From assembly GCA_963666515.2 (NCBI GenBank), contig OY762897.2:3424001-3488000 (forward strand): a DNA stretch of 64,000 nt, in the 5' to 3' direction. This stretch comes from Candidatus Binatia bacterium. Its GTDB lineage: Bacteria > Desulfobacterota > Binatia > UBA9968 > JAJDTQ01. Under the pieces are notes generated by a model. It was not told the origin of the DNA, ran no database searches, and worked only from the letters and a program-made list of their open reading frames with translations. Of the stretch, positions 29,634 to 39,379 are shown piece after piece (the stretch's first letter is position 1; each line of letters opens with the position of its first letter). A program made the translations under genes and the position numbers.

Positions 29634-30983
29634 GTGGGCAACGGCAGACAACGGAACGGGACCTGGGTCGATCTGGACCGGGGCACCATCAGCCGGGAGA
29701 TCTTCGTCAACGAGGACATCTACCGGTCGGAGCTGGAGCGGATCTTCGCGCGCTCGTGGCTCTTCGTCGGACACGAGAGCCAGATCCCCGACCCCGGCGA
29801 CTTCTTCCTCTCCCGCATGGGCGAGGAGTCGGTGATCGTCACGCGCGATCCGCAGCACGGGATCCACGTGCTGCTGAACACCTGCCGGCACCGGGGCATG
29901 AAGGTGTGCCGCTACGACCAGGGCAACACCTCGGTGTTCACCTGCCCCTATCACGGCTGGAGCTACTCCACGGACGGCGGCCTGGTGCAGACGCCGGGGG
30001 ACCTCTTCGGCGTCCCCCAGTACCGCGCCGGCTACCGCGAGCAGCTCGACAAGTCCGAGTGGAGCCTGATCCACGTGGCGAAGATGGAGGTCTACAAGGG
30101 GACCATCTGGGCCGCCTGGGACGAGGCGGCGCCGGCCTTCAGCGACTACCTCGGCGGCATGCGCCTCTACCTGGATGCGTTGCTGGACGCGCGGGACGGC
30201 AGCGAGGGCGGCTCGGAGGTGCTGGGCGGAATGGTCAAGTGGCGGATGCCGTGCAACTGGAAGTTCGCCGCCGAGAACTTCGCCTGGGACACCTATCACA
30301 GCCCCACCACCCACAAGTCCGCGGAGCTGGCCGGGATGGGACCCGGCGGCGAGGGGCAGGAGCGCCACGGCTCGGTCCACAAGAACCAGGCCAGGCGGTT
30401 CACCAGCGGGCTCATGGCGTTTCCGGCGCTCGGCCACGCCACCATCACCGGGCCGCCGGAAGTGGGCGCCGAGGCGTGGTTCCCGGAGTTTCCCAACGAC
30501 CCCGCGGTGGCGGAGTACTTCGAGCAGGTGGAGGCGAAGCGGCGAGAGCGGCAGAAGGGCAAGGTCACGGTCACCCCCGGCAACGGCAACGTATTCCCCA
30601 ACACCGCGTTCCACCCCTGGTTCCCCCGCACCATGGTGGTGTGGCACCCGGTCGGGCCGAGCCGGACCGAGGCGTGGCGCTGGTACCTGGTGGACCGGGA
30701 CGCGCCCTGGGAAGTCAAGGACCTGCTGCGCCGCTACTACATGCGGTTCTCCGGCCCGGCGGGCATGGTGGAGTCCGACGACATGGACAACTGGGTCTAC
30801 GCCACCGAGGCCAGCCGGGGCACCATCGCGCGCCGCTACCCGTACCACTACGGCATGGGCCTGGGCTTCGCCGAGCCCGTGGAGAACCTCCCCGACGCGG
30901 TGACCGTCAAGGCATCGTTCTCCGAGGAGGGCGCCCGCGCCTTCTACCGGCGCTGGGCGGAGCTGATGGATGACGAGCCGTAG
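29634..30983 (+). CDS. Aromatic ring-hydroxylating Rieske dioxygenase alpha subunit
   Basis: CRHRG..CPYHGW Rieske motif; NWKFAAENFAWDTYH..TH and ESDD iron ligands. Confidence 0.95.
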   Translation: MGNGRQRNGTWVDLDRGTISREIFVNEDIYRSELERIFARSWLFVGHESQIPDPGDFFLSRMGEESVIVTRDPQHGIHVLLNTCRHRGMKVCRYDQGNTSVFTCPYHGWSYSTDGGLVQTPGDLFGVPQYRAGYREQLDKSEWSLIHVAKMEVYKGTIWAAWDEAAPAFSDYLGGMRLYLDALLDARDGSEGGSEVLGGMVKWRMPCNWKFAAENFAWDTYHSPTTHKSAELAGMGPGGEGQERHGSVHKNQARRFTSGLMAFPALGHATITGPPEVGAEAWFPEFPNDPAVAEYFEQVEAKRRERQKGKVTVTPGNGNVFPNTAFHPWFPRTMVVWHPVGPSRTEAWRWYLVDRDAPWEVKDLLRRYYMRFSGPAGMVESDDMDNWVYATEASRGTIARRYPYHYGMGLGFAEPVENLPDAVTVKASFSEEGARAFYRRWAELMDDEP

Positions 30984-31581
30984 ATCGACACCCGCGGAAG
31001 CGCTCCCGGCGCGGGAAGGCGGCGGATATCCGGCCGCGGACGGCGCGGGCGAGAGGCTCGCCTACCTGCTGCTCGCCCAGGAGGTGCACGAGTTCCTGTG
31101 CATGGAGGCGGACCTCCTGGACGAGCGCCGCTACGACGAATGGCTGGACCTTCTCACCGACGATGTCTCGTACTGGGCGCCCATGCGGCGGAACGTCCAG
31201 TTCGGCCGCTGGGACACCGAGAACACCCGCCAGGGCCAGGACATGAACTGGTTCGACGAGGGCAAGAGCACGCTCCGGCTGCGCATCAAGCAGATCACCT
31301 CCGGCGTGCACTGGGTGGAGGAGCCGTCACCGCGGGTCTCCCGAATGATCTCCAACGTCCACGCCATCCAGGCCACCCCGAGCCTGGAGGACCCGGAAGA
31401 GGTCAGCGTCCGGTACCGCATCCTGATCTACCGCAACAAGCTCGAGGACAGCACCGACATCTTCGCCGGCAAGCGCGACGACGTGCTGCGCAAGGCGGAC
31501 GGCAAATGGAAGATCTGCAAGCGCACGATGCTCCTGGACCAGAGCGTGCTGCTGTCCGCCACCATGCCGTTCGTGCTGTGA
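30970..31581 (+). CDS. Ring-hydroxylating dioxygenase beta subunit
   Basis: EADLLDERRYDEWL and GKRDDVLR motifs; overlaps the alpha subunit gene. Confidence 0.93.
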   Translation: MTSRRSTPAEALPAREGGGYPAADGAGERLAYLLLAQEVHEFLCMEADLLDERRYDEWLDLLTDDVSYWAPMRRNVQFGRWDTENTRQGQDMNWFDEGKSTLRLRIKQITSGVHWVEEPSPRVSRMISNVHAIQATPSLEDPEEVSVRYRILIYRNKLEDSTDIFAGKRDDVLRKADGKWKICKRTMLLDQSVLLSATMPFVL

Positions 31582-31593
31582 GGTGAACCGTCC

Positions 31594-31980
31594 ATGGGAC
31601 TCTTCAGCGTAGGATGCTCGCTCGAAAACCAGCAAGACAGGACCCGTTCCGTCCGCGTGTCGAAAGTCATGGTCGACACGGGTAGCGAGTTGACCTGGAT
31701 CCATCAAAGGCACCTGGAGAAAATCGGCGTCGAGCCCGAAAAGAAGGACCGGCGTTTCGTCATGGCCAATGGCCAGGAGATAACCCGGTCCATCGGATTC
31801 GCCGTCATCCGTGTGGGCAAGGAGTTGACGACGGACGAGGTCGTGTTCGCGCAGAAGGGCGACCTTCAATTGCTGGGCGCGCGTACTCTGGAGGGGCTGA
31901 ACCTGAGAGTCGACGCGCGGAACAAGAAACTTGTAGCGGCCGGTCCGTTCGTTGCCGCCGGGAATATCAAAATCGGCTGA
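31594..31980 (+). CDS. Clan AA (retropepsin-like) aspartyl protease
   Basis: VDTGS, MANG flap and LLGARTLEGL motifs; GAGGTG RBS. Confidence 0.85.
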   Translation: MGLFSVGCSLENQQDRTRSVRVSKVMVDTGSELTWIHQRHLEKIGVEPEKKDRRFVMANGQEITRSIGFAVIRVGKELTTDEVVFAQKGDLQLLGARTLEGLNLRVDARNKKLVAAGPFVAAGNIKIG

Positions 31981-32016
31981 TCGAACAAGGCGTCGCGCTT
32001 CGCCCGGTTGGCTGCG

Positions 32017-32988
32017 TCAGACATCAATGAACAACTCGCGCAGGTCGGGTCGGCGCGAAATCAACCCCTGCGCCATGGAGTAGTCCAGGAATTTCTCCAA
32101 CCCTTTTCGGTTGGCCTCGATGCCGTGGGGCCAGGGGTCGGGGCCGAGGACACCGGCGGCGCCGTCCACGTACTCGGAGAACCAGGGCAGCACCCCGGCC
32201 GAGCTTACCCTCTCCAGCCGCTTGAAGAAGGCTTCCTTCTCCTTCCTGAGCACCCGCTCCACCTTGCGCGCGATGCCGAGGCCGTTCTCCAGGTGCTTCT
32301 CCCTGATGGCCATCAGGTGCATGAGCGGAATGACGCCGTGCTTGCGGAAGTACTCCTTCTCCCGCTCCACGGGGTTGGGGAAGAGGCAGCGCACGGCGCC
32401 GTCGGGCACCGGCGGCTTGGTCAGGTGGGCGTAGATCACCGCGTCGAACTTCTTCTCCAGCAGCCAGTCGAAGAGTCGCGCTTCCCCGCCGGCGTTCTCC
32501 ACCTTGCCGGCGAGTTCCCGTGGCAGCCTGACGCGTTCCACCCGTCCGGCGACCCAGCGGATGTCCTCGGGCCGGACTCCGTAGTCGTCCTGCAGGATGC
32601 CGCGAATCCACACCGCCGCGGTCATGTGGTAGTCCGGCACTCCCACACGCTTGCCCTTGAGCTGCTCGCCGCTCACCAGCCGGCTGCCCTTCCGCACGAA
32701 CAGCGCCGAGTGGCGGAAACGCCGGGACGTGAAGATCGGGAACGCCTTGTAGGCGCGCCAACCCTGCTCCCGCATGATCGTGTAGCTCGAAAGCGACAAC
32801 TCGGTGACGTCGTAGCGCGGCGACTTCAGCACCCGCCGGAACAGCTTGTTGGGCGGGTCCACGTAGTGCCAGCGAATGTCCAGCCCGTACGCCTGGTGGC
32901 GTCCGCTCGTGAGCGCGCCGAAGAACGGGTAGTCGTTGCTGGCGAGGGTGAGGGGGATGTTCGAGCGTTTCGTCATGGTTTGGGTCAT
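32017..32988 (-). CDS. 4,5-dihydroxyphthalate decarboxylase-like (PBP2-fold) protein
   Basis: DVTELSLSSY, PIFTSRRFRHS, GVPDYHMTAAVWIRG and DPWPHGIEAN motifs; start overlaps the REase stop. Confidence 0.8.
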   Translation of the reverse strand: MTQTMTKRSNIPLTLASNDYPFFGALTSGRHQAYGLDIRWHYVDPPNKLFRRVLKSPRYDVTELSLSSYTIMREQGWRAYKAFPIFTSRRFRHSALFVRKGSRLVSGEQLKGKRVGVPDYHMTAAVWIRGILQDDYGVRPEDIRWVAGRVERVRLPRELAGKVENAGGEARLFDWLLEKKFDAVIYAHLTKPPVPDGAVRCLFPNPVEREKEYFRKHGVIPLMHLMAIREKHLENGLGIARKVERVLRKEKEAFFKRLERVSSAGVLPWFSEYVDGAAGVLGPDPWPHGIEANRKGLEKFLDYSMAQGLISRRPDLRELFIDV

Positions 32989-33899
32989 ACGATTCTCACG
33001 GTGTGGTGAAACACCTCGTTGACAAAGTTGTCCCACGTCTCGCCGTCGTGCGCCAGGTCGTCGAGGAGAAACACGTTGACGACGCCCATTTGAGCCAAGC
33101 GTGTCTTCATCTCGTTGGTGACGATGCCTGCCACCAGGACGTTGACGCATCCGGGCGGCGTTTCGTTGAAGCTCTTCTGCATGGCTCCGAGGCGTTCAAG
33201 CGCGCCCGCGGGGTCTTTGCCGCCCTTGACTTCGATGGTCGCTATGGTCCGTCCGTGCCGGGTGAACGATATGTCCGGCTCGGAGCCGTAGCGCATGGCC
33301 GTGTCGTCCGGCAGATGAAACAGCGCGGCGTCATCGGGGGAGGCGGCTGCCAGCGAACGATGCTGCAACCAGCCGAGAATCCGGTTCTTGATCAGGTTCT
33401 CGGCATCTTGTCCAATGATGTTTCGGAACGTGCCGTCCAGCCCGATGCCCATTGTGGCGAGAATGTTCCGGTATCCGTTCTCCAGGGTCCAGTTGGTGGA
33501 GCCGTCAATGATCGAAGAGATGACGGCGTTGTACAACCGGGCGACGTTCATGCAGTCCGTGAGGTTCAACGGCGACTTGTGGTCGCCGCTTTCCCAGGCC
33601 GCAACGGACCTCGCAATTTCCTGAACCCGTTTCTGCGACAGCAGGGAAATCCCCCGGTAGTACTGGGAGGTTTGAGGGTGGTCACGCAACGTCAACGGAT
33701 GAGCAAAGACAAGGTGCGGCGGCAACCTGCAGGACTCGACGTGCGCCCATGCCCGCTCGCTGATCATGAGGCCGTCCAGGGGATGGTAGTCCATCTCCGG
33801 GAGCTGGGCTATCGTTGCGCGAAGTTTCTCGTCCGTGCGTTGTCGCAATCTCTCCGCGATGGTCGTGGACCGCAAGACGGCGTCGTCGAACTTCGTCAT
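32985..33899 (-). CDS. XcyI-family type II restriction endonuclease
   Basis: EPDI...IEVKGGKDPAGALERLG PD-(D/E)xK motif; ATGA-coupled to the MTase. Confidence 0.8.
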   Translation of the reverse strand: MTKFDDAVLRSTTIAERLRQRTDEKLRATIAQLPEMDYHPLDGLMISERAWAHVESCRLPPHLVFAHPLTLRDHPQTSQYYRGISLLSQKRVQEIARSVAAWESGDHKSPLNLTDCMNVARLYNAVISSIIDGSTNWTLENGYRNILATMGIGLDGTFRNIIGQDAENLIKNRILGWLQHRSLAAASPDDAALFHLPDDTAMRYGSEPDISFTRHGRTIATIEVKGGKDPAGALERLGAMQKSFNETPPGCVNVLVAGIVTNEMKTRLAQMGVVNVFLLDDLAHDGETWDNFVNEVFHHTVRIV

Positions 33900-35335
33900 C
33901 CGCGGACCCACTTGTAGACGCACTTTCTGATTTCCCGTCTCCCGAAGCGCCCCATCTGTTGGCTGGAGTTGCCCTTTCCCGTAGGCAGCACCCAGATGTC
34001 CGTGCAGGTGAAGCCCGACTGCTCGGCAAAGTCGGAAAGAATGAAATCCACGGGAACTTCCTCGCCGTGATACTGGACGTTGTCGTTGACCATGATGACC
34101 GTACCGCCGGGACGCACGATACGACCCAACTCGGCGACGACCACGGCCATTTCAAGGAAGTATCCCTCTATCAGGCGGATGACGTGGCGGTTGCTCAGCT
34201 CATCCACGCACGCTCTCAAGTTGGCAAGAACCTCATGGAGCGCCGCCTGGTTCTCGTACATGCCCAAGGCGAAATTCAAGCAGTCGGCATCATCCCCGTA
34301 GGCGTGTTCGAGCCACTCGGCCTTGGTTCGGTTCTCTACAGTGGCGGACAACATCCGTTGCCGGAGGTCGGCGAAGCCCGCCCGGTCGAAGCCCAACCAT
34401 GCCAGCTCCAGCGCGTACGTCCTCGTGTAGTCGTACCGGTTGGCGTAGGGCGGAGAGGTAATGACCATGTCGAACCGCGAACCGGGCGTTTCGCGCAACA
34501 TCTCAAGGCAGGACCCTGCCAACAAGTCAGGCTTGCCGCCTCCGTACGCACGGTTGAGCAGCGGCATGTCGTCGGTCATTTGGGACAGGCGCCGCAAGAC
34601 GGCGCCGGCGAACGGCGCGATGGCCCCCTTGTCGACCCTGGAACGCAGTGAGCGGCCAGATCGGTAGTCCCACCGGAGATACTGGCCGTCCTTGCGCGTA
34701 TAGCTGACCTCTTCTAGGACGCTCATGCAGGCCAGGTTCAACAGTGACCGGATGGAGCCGTCTTCGCATTCGGAAACAAACTGGCGCGCCTTGGAGATCG
34801 CAGCCTCCGTTTCGTCAGGGAACGCTTTCTCCGTAATCGCAACATGGGGAAAGCCGTATCCTTCGGGAGCCTTCTGCGGAGACGAGAGGCGCCGGACCAA
34901 GGCCTCGGAGGCCTTCTCAAACGCGGCGCGCGATATGCCGTTCGCCGCATGGGCGATGCCCTGACCCACCAGCACTCCCACCGGCATGATTTCGATCCCC
35001 AGGGCCGAATCCGTCTGGCGGGCCGCTACCAGGGGAACCGTGCCGATACCGGCGAAGGGGTCCAGGACCGCGCTGGCCTGGTGTTCCGAAAGGAGGTTCT
35101 TGACCAGCGAACTCGAAAATCCCTCCTTGTACTTCATCCAGCGAAAGCCGGGAGCGTTGCGGTTGCCCTGGTAGGAGACCGTTCTCCGCGTGAAGATCGA
35201 CCGAGTGGAGATGCGGCGCGAGAAGCGCTCGTGAAGCCGCCGGCGCTGTTGATCCATGCCGCGTGCAGATATGGCGACTTGCTCCGCCTCCAAATCACGG
35301 AACAGGGGCAGCGACTCAGACGACATCGCTTCCAC
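33896..35335 (-). CDS. N4-cytosine-type DNA methyltransferase
   Basis: DPFAGIGT (motif I) precedes ITSPPY (motif IV). Confidence 0.9.
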   Translation of the reverse strand: MEAMSSESLPLFRDLEAEQVAISARGMDQQRRRLHERFSRRISTRSIFTRRTVSYQGNRNAPGFRWMKYKEGFSSSLVKNLLSEHQASAVLDPFAGIGTVPLVAARQTDSALGIEIMPVGVLVGQGIAHAANGISRAAFEKASEALVRRLSSPQKAPEGYGFPHVAITEKAFPDETEAAISKARQFVSECEDGSIRSLLNLACMSVLEEVSYTRKDGQYLRWDYRSGRSLRSRVDKGAIAPFAGAVLRRLSQMTDDMPLLNRAYGGGKPDLLAGSCLEMLRETPGSRFDMVITSPPYANRYDYTRTYALELAWLGFDRAGFADLRQRMLSATVENRTKAEWLEHAYGDDADCLNFALGMYENQAALHEVLANLRACVDELSNRHVIRLIEGYFLEMAVVVAELGRIVRPGGTVIMVNDNVQYHGEEVPVDFILSDFAEQSGFTCTDIWVLPTGKGNSSQQMGRFGRREIRKCVYKWVRG

Positions 35336-35441
35336 CTTGCATCATGGTGCATCCATCCTGGATTTCCGAAACATCGCGTGACCCTTGAACCATGGACAGT
35401 CTTGCACAGGTGGCGAAACCGTCAACCCCTCGATTTCATCA

Positions 35442-36344
35442 TCACCGCGCGGCGGCCGTTTCGGCCGAAGGCGTGAACCGGCTGCACCGTACCGCCTCAC
35501 CGATGTCGAACCGCATCAGGTCTTCGCCCACGAGCAGCGGGCCGTCGTAGGCGGCGCGGGTGGCGGGGATCAGGTCGGCGGCGGTGGCGTCGCCGAACAG
35601 CAGGAGGTGGGTGTAGACCGCAAGTCTCGGCTTGGTGCGCGCGAACACGACGCCGGCGTCCTCCGGGATGGTGTGGTTCCGGCGAATCCGCTCCAGGTTG
35701 GCCCGCTCCACGCCCCGGCCCATGCCGTGGGTGACCTCGTGCACCAACAGGTCCACGTTCTGCGAGTGGGCGATGAGATTCTCGTTGAACGTCGTGTCGC
35801 CGGACAGGACCGCGGAGCGTCCTTGATAGTCGATGCGGTAGCCGAGGGCGTCGAGCTGCTCGCCGCCGTGGTCGACCTCGAAGGCCGTGACCCGGACGTC
35901 GCCGGACTCGAAGACGAACCCTTCCGCGATTTCGGTGGATTCCAGTCGCACCCCCTCGGCGTTGTAGCTGTGGCTGCGGACGCGGATGTCGGTGGCGAAG
36001 GCGAGCGGCAGATGGTCGGCCATCTGGTCCGTCCCCTCCGGTCCCCAGACCCTGAGCGGCACGGTGCGCATGCCCCACGGCCGGCCGATCCAGCCGGTGA
36101 GCCAGAGATCGGCGAAACCCACGACGTGGTCCGAGTGGTGATGGGTCAGAAAAATGCCGGTGATGTCGCCGAAGGGAATCCCGAGCTGGTGCAGCCGTTG
36201 CAACGCGCCGCGTCCCGCGTCGAAGAGGAGCTTCTCATCGCCCACCTCCACCAGCGCGCTCGGCCCGAAGCGGTCGAGCACCGGCGGCGGCGCGCCGGTG
36301 CCGAGAAGTGTCACGCGAAATAGGTCGGTGGAGTTGTTTGCCAT
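35442..36344 (-). CDS. RNase Z/AtsA-like MBL-fold metallohydrolase
   Basis: LLGTG, FDAG, THHHSDH, SGDT, LVHE and NHT motifs. Confidence 0.9.
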   Translation of the reverse strand: MANNSTDLFRVTLLGTGAPPPVLDRFGPSALVEVGDEKLLFDAGRGALQRLHQLGIPFGDITGIFLTHHHSDHVVGFADLWLTGWIGRPWGMRTVPLRVWGPEGTDQMADHLPLAFATDIRVRSHSYNAEGVRLESTEIAEGFVFESGDVRVTAFEVDHGGEQLDALGYRIDYQGRSAVLSGDTTFNENLIAHSQNVDLLVHEVTHGMGRGVERANLERIRRNHTIPEDAGVVFARTKPRLAVYTHLLLFGDATAADLIPATRAAYDGPLLVGEDLMRFDIGEAVRCSRFTPSAETAAAR

Positions 36345-36358
36345 CACTCGTCCTCGGG

Positions 36359-36418
36359 CTACAATCGCGGGGCGCCCAATCTTATCCACAGGATGACGTG
36401 ATCATCGAGAAGAATCAC
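36359..36418 (-). pseudogene. N-terminal stub of a VapC/PIN toxin
   Basis: GTG start gives MILLDDHVILWIRLGAPRL*, matching the MILLDTH.llW PIN start; GTGA-coupled to the upstream antitoxin-like tail. Confidence 0.6.
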
Positions 36419-36954
36419 GGGTCACCGCTCCAAGTTCGACCTCCGTCGACCTCCCACTCCGCATCCATCGGCTCGATGATGTCTCCGAGTATCTCGATTC
36501 TCCCCCTGTCAATGCCGAACAGACTCTTCGGTTTCTCCCAGTCGGCAATGCCGCCGGGGACCACGCGAAACAGCGGATGCGGTGAGGGGGAGGTCACGGC
36601 AAGCAACTCTTCGTGTAAATCCGGCGCGCGTTTGGCCAGCTTGTCCATCAGATGGCGCCACTCGAAGTCAATCTGTCCCTGGGGCACGGCGATGCTCCGG
36701 TTGGTGCGGCGCCGCGCGATCTTGCCGGCGTCGAAGCGGTAGCCCCGCGCCACCGATTCCACGTGAACGGTCCGCAGGTACTGGGCGATGAAGGAGAGCG
36801 GTGAGGTCTGCGCGCGGAACCGGACCAACTGAGGATACCCGCGGTATCCTGTGGTCTTGCCCGCGATCACCGCCTGGGCGAGCAGGGCTTCCCGCCACAG
36901 CGCGACGAGTCCGCGTGAATCCAGGTACTTCGGATGGAGGCTCCACAGCCGCAT
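36415..36954 (-). CDS. Pyrimidine-dimer DNA glycosylase/endonuclease V family protein with antitoxin-like tail
   Basis: MRLWSLHPKYLD..GLVALWREALLAQAV signature; GAGG RBS before ATG 36954. Confidence 0.85.
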   Translation of the reverse strand: MRLWSLHPKYLDSRGLVALWREALLAQAVIAGKTTGYRGYPQLVRFRAQTSPLSFIAQYLRTVHVESVARGYRFDAGKIARRRTNRSIAVPQGQIDFEWRHLMDKLAKRAPDLHEELLAVTSPSPHPLFRVVPGGIADWEKPKSLFGIDRGRIEILGDIIEPMDAEWEVDGGRTWSGDP

Positions 36955-37005
36955 GTCCTCATCATCACACCTGCGGGAGATTCGGGCAAGGCGCCGGCCG
37001 CCGTG

Positions 37006-37050
37006 CCGACCGGCGTATGGCAGACGCCGCTGCTTTCGTGATAGCCTGAT
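37006..37050 (+). repeat. 45-bp direct repeat, copy 1
   Basis: CCGACCGGCGTATGGCAGACGCCGCTGCTTTCGTGATAGCCTGAT; 44/45 identical to 40416-40460. Confidence 0.95.
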
Positions 37051-37186
37051 CAATGCAGGCTTGGAGTTCCGCCACCACAATCGCCGGCTCGCCCGACCTG
37101 ACCAACTCAAACTTGAAGCCTTCGACGATTCGGTAAATGGGGGTGGTGCGGCTGCGAGCGCGGGGACCGGACAACGATGGTGATCC

Positions 37187-39379
37187 ATGAGCATTGAGCG
37201 GCATTTCGATGTTCCTCTGATCGCGGAGATGGCGCTCAGGGAGAAGCAGATCCAGCAGAACTATCGCCCTATCATCGGAGTGCACAAGTGGTTCGCCCGC
37301 CGTCCGGGAACCTTGTTTCGCGGCCTGATCCTCTCGGAGTTCGCCGAGGATCGTCTGGAGGACACCTTCTTCCGGTCGAATGACCTGTCGGACTTCCGCA
37401 TCGCAGACCCGTTTATGGGCGGCGGGACGCCTCTGATCGAGGCGAATCGACTCGGCTGCGCAGTACAGGGTTTCGATATCAACCCGATGTCGGCATGGAT
37501 CGTCCGCGAAGAAATCGAGCATCTGGACGTCGGGGCCTATGTGCAAGCCGCGCGCGTTCTCATCGACGCGCTGCGTGCCGAAGTCGGCCAACACTACCGC
37601 ACATCGTGCCCCCTCTACGGCGAGGCTGACGTACCCGTGAAATCCTTCCTTTGGGTCAAGGTGCTGGATTGCGAAGCCTGTGGAAAGCGTTTGGACCTTT
37701 TTCCAGGCTACCTTCTCGCCGAGAACCGGCGCCATCCGAAAAACGTGCTGGTGTGTCCGGCCTGTGGCGATCTCAACGAGGTCGATGACCGCACGAGGCC
37801 CGGAGATTGCACGACATGTAAAACCGCCCTGATCCAAACCGGGCCTGCCCGCCGGGGGCGTTGCGCCTGTCCGAGTTGCGGGCACTCCAACGTCTATCCG
37901 GGACAAGCGCGGCACCCCCTCGATCACCGTCTTTTCGCCATCGAGTACTACAACCCCAAGCGTAAGGCGGGTCACAAGGGCCGTTTCTTCAAGAAACCTG
38001 ACGCCGAGGACTTGGCGCGCATGGCGGAAGCCGGGGAGCGGTGGAGACAGACGGCGCCCCGCTTTGTGCCGGACCAGGAGATTCTGCCTGGAGACGAGAC
38101 CGACAGGCTGCATCGTTGGGGGTATGCCCGCTACAAGGACATGTTCAATCCACGTCAGCTCCTCGGGCTGGAGCTGAGCTGCCGGCTGATCTCCGAAACC
38201 GGGAATCGCCGCATTCGCCATGCCTTGGCGACCAACCTTTCCGACCTGCTGCGATACCAGAACATGCTGTGCCGGTACGATGCCATGGCCCTGAAATCAC
38301 TGGATATTTTCTCGGTGCACGGGTTTCCGGTGGGTCTGGTGCAGTGCGAGTCCAATCTCCTGGGCATCGCCAACGGAGGCGGCTCGAATGTCGGGTCCGG
38401 CGGCTGGTCCAACATCGTGGACAAGTACGTGAAGGCGAAGCGGTTTTGTGACGCTCCCTTCGAGGTTCGACGCCGCGGCTCACGCAAGGTTACGGTCGCT
38501 ATCGATGGCGAGTGGATCGGCGAAACGCTTAACGGCAGCCGCAGGGACGTTGCCATTCGTTGCGCGGACGCTGCGGATGTCGAGTTGGCGCCGCGCAGCC
38601 TCGACGCCGTGTTCACCGATCCGCCCTATTTCGGCAACGTCCAGTACGGCGAACTGATGGATTTCTGCTATGTCTGGCTGCGTCGCCTGGTCGGCAACAA
38701 GGCCGAGGGATTCGACCGTCCGTCCACTCGTTCGCCGGACGAGTTGACAGGAAACGTTACCGAGGAGCGCGGCCTGGAGCATTTCACGGACGGGTTGTCC
38801 GCGGTCTATTCGCGCATGGCCGCCGGCCTCAAGTCGGGTGCGCCCCTGGTTTTCACCTACCATCACAACAAGCTGGAAGCCTACTACGCAGTCGGCGTGG
38901 CAATCCTCGACGCCGGCCTTGTCTGTTCCGCATCGCTGCCTTGCCCGGCGGAAATGGGCGGCTCGATCCACATCCACGGTAAAGCATCGTCCATCATCGA
39001 CACGGTCTTCGTATGTCGGATGTCGGGTGCGACTCCGCGGCGCTGGCTGTTCGAGACACCCGAGCAACTCGCTGACGTCGTAAAGGACGATTTGGAGCGG
39101 TTGGAAAGCGCCGGCAGAACACCCACCCATGGCGACCGGCGATGCATCGTCTTTGGCCACCTTACCCGAATGGCGGTCTGGAAGCTCCGCAAGCGATGGG
39201 ACCGTCGACTTCCCGCCAAGCAGAAGCTGGCGGCGTTCGCTGACGCAGTCTCCGCTTATGGCACGGCGGAGCAGCTTGTAGAGCGGGTAGCGACCGGCCG
39301 ACCGAAGACGCCGCTACAGGGCTCCTTGTACGTGGCAGACGCATCCGCAGAGGAGGAATTCAGTGCCGTTCCCTTTTGA
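37187..39379 (+). CDS. DUF1156-type adenine DNA methyltransferase with zinc ribbons
   Basis: HKWFARRP, DPFMGGGT, several CxxC pairs and FTDPPY. Confidence 0.9.
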   Translation: MSIERHFDVPLIAEMALREKQIQQNYRPIIGVHKWFARRPGTLFRGLILSEFAEDRLEDTFFRSNDLSDFRIADPFMGGGTPLIEANRLGCAVQGFDINPMSAWIVREEIEHLDVGAYVQAARVLIDALRAEVGQHYRTSCPLYGEADVPVKSFLWVKVLDCEACGKRLDLFPGYLLAENRRHPKNVLVCPACGDLNEVDDRTRPGDCTTCKTALIQTGPARRGRCACPSCGHSNVYPGQARHPLDHRLFAIEYYNPKRKAGHKGRFFKKPDAEDLARMAEAGERWRQTAPRFVPDQEILPGDETDRLHRWGYARYKDMFNPRQLLGLELSCRLISETGNRRIRHALATNLSDLLRYQNMLCRYDAMALKSLDIFSVHGFPVGLVQCESNLLGIANGGGSNVGSGGWSNIVDKYVKAKRFCDAPFEVRRRGSRKVTVAIDGEWIGETLNGSRRDVAIRCADAADVELAPRSLDAVFTDPPYFGNVQYGELMDFCYVWLRRLVGNKAEGFDRPSTRSPDELTGNVTEERGLEHFTDGLSAVYSRMAAGLKSGAPLVFTYHHNKLEAYYAVGVAILDAGLVCSASLPCPAEMGGSIHIHGKASSIIDTVFVCRMSGATPRRWLFETPEQLADVVKDDLERLESAGRTPTHGDRRCIVFGHLTRMAVWKLRKRWDRRLPAKQKLAAFADAVSAYGTAEQLVERVATGRPKTPLQGSLYVADASAEEEFSAVPF

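Noticed and set aside
32985-35440. Long target duplication around the XcyI-like cassette
   Set aside because: Flanks were compared by eye; no repeat longer than a few bases was found.
36955-37194. 80-aa N-terminal extension of the glycosylase ORF
   Set aside because: The family begins at MRLWS; the extension crosses the direct repeat and overlaps the divergent MTase start.
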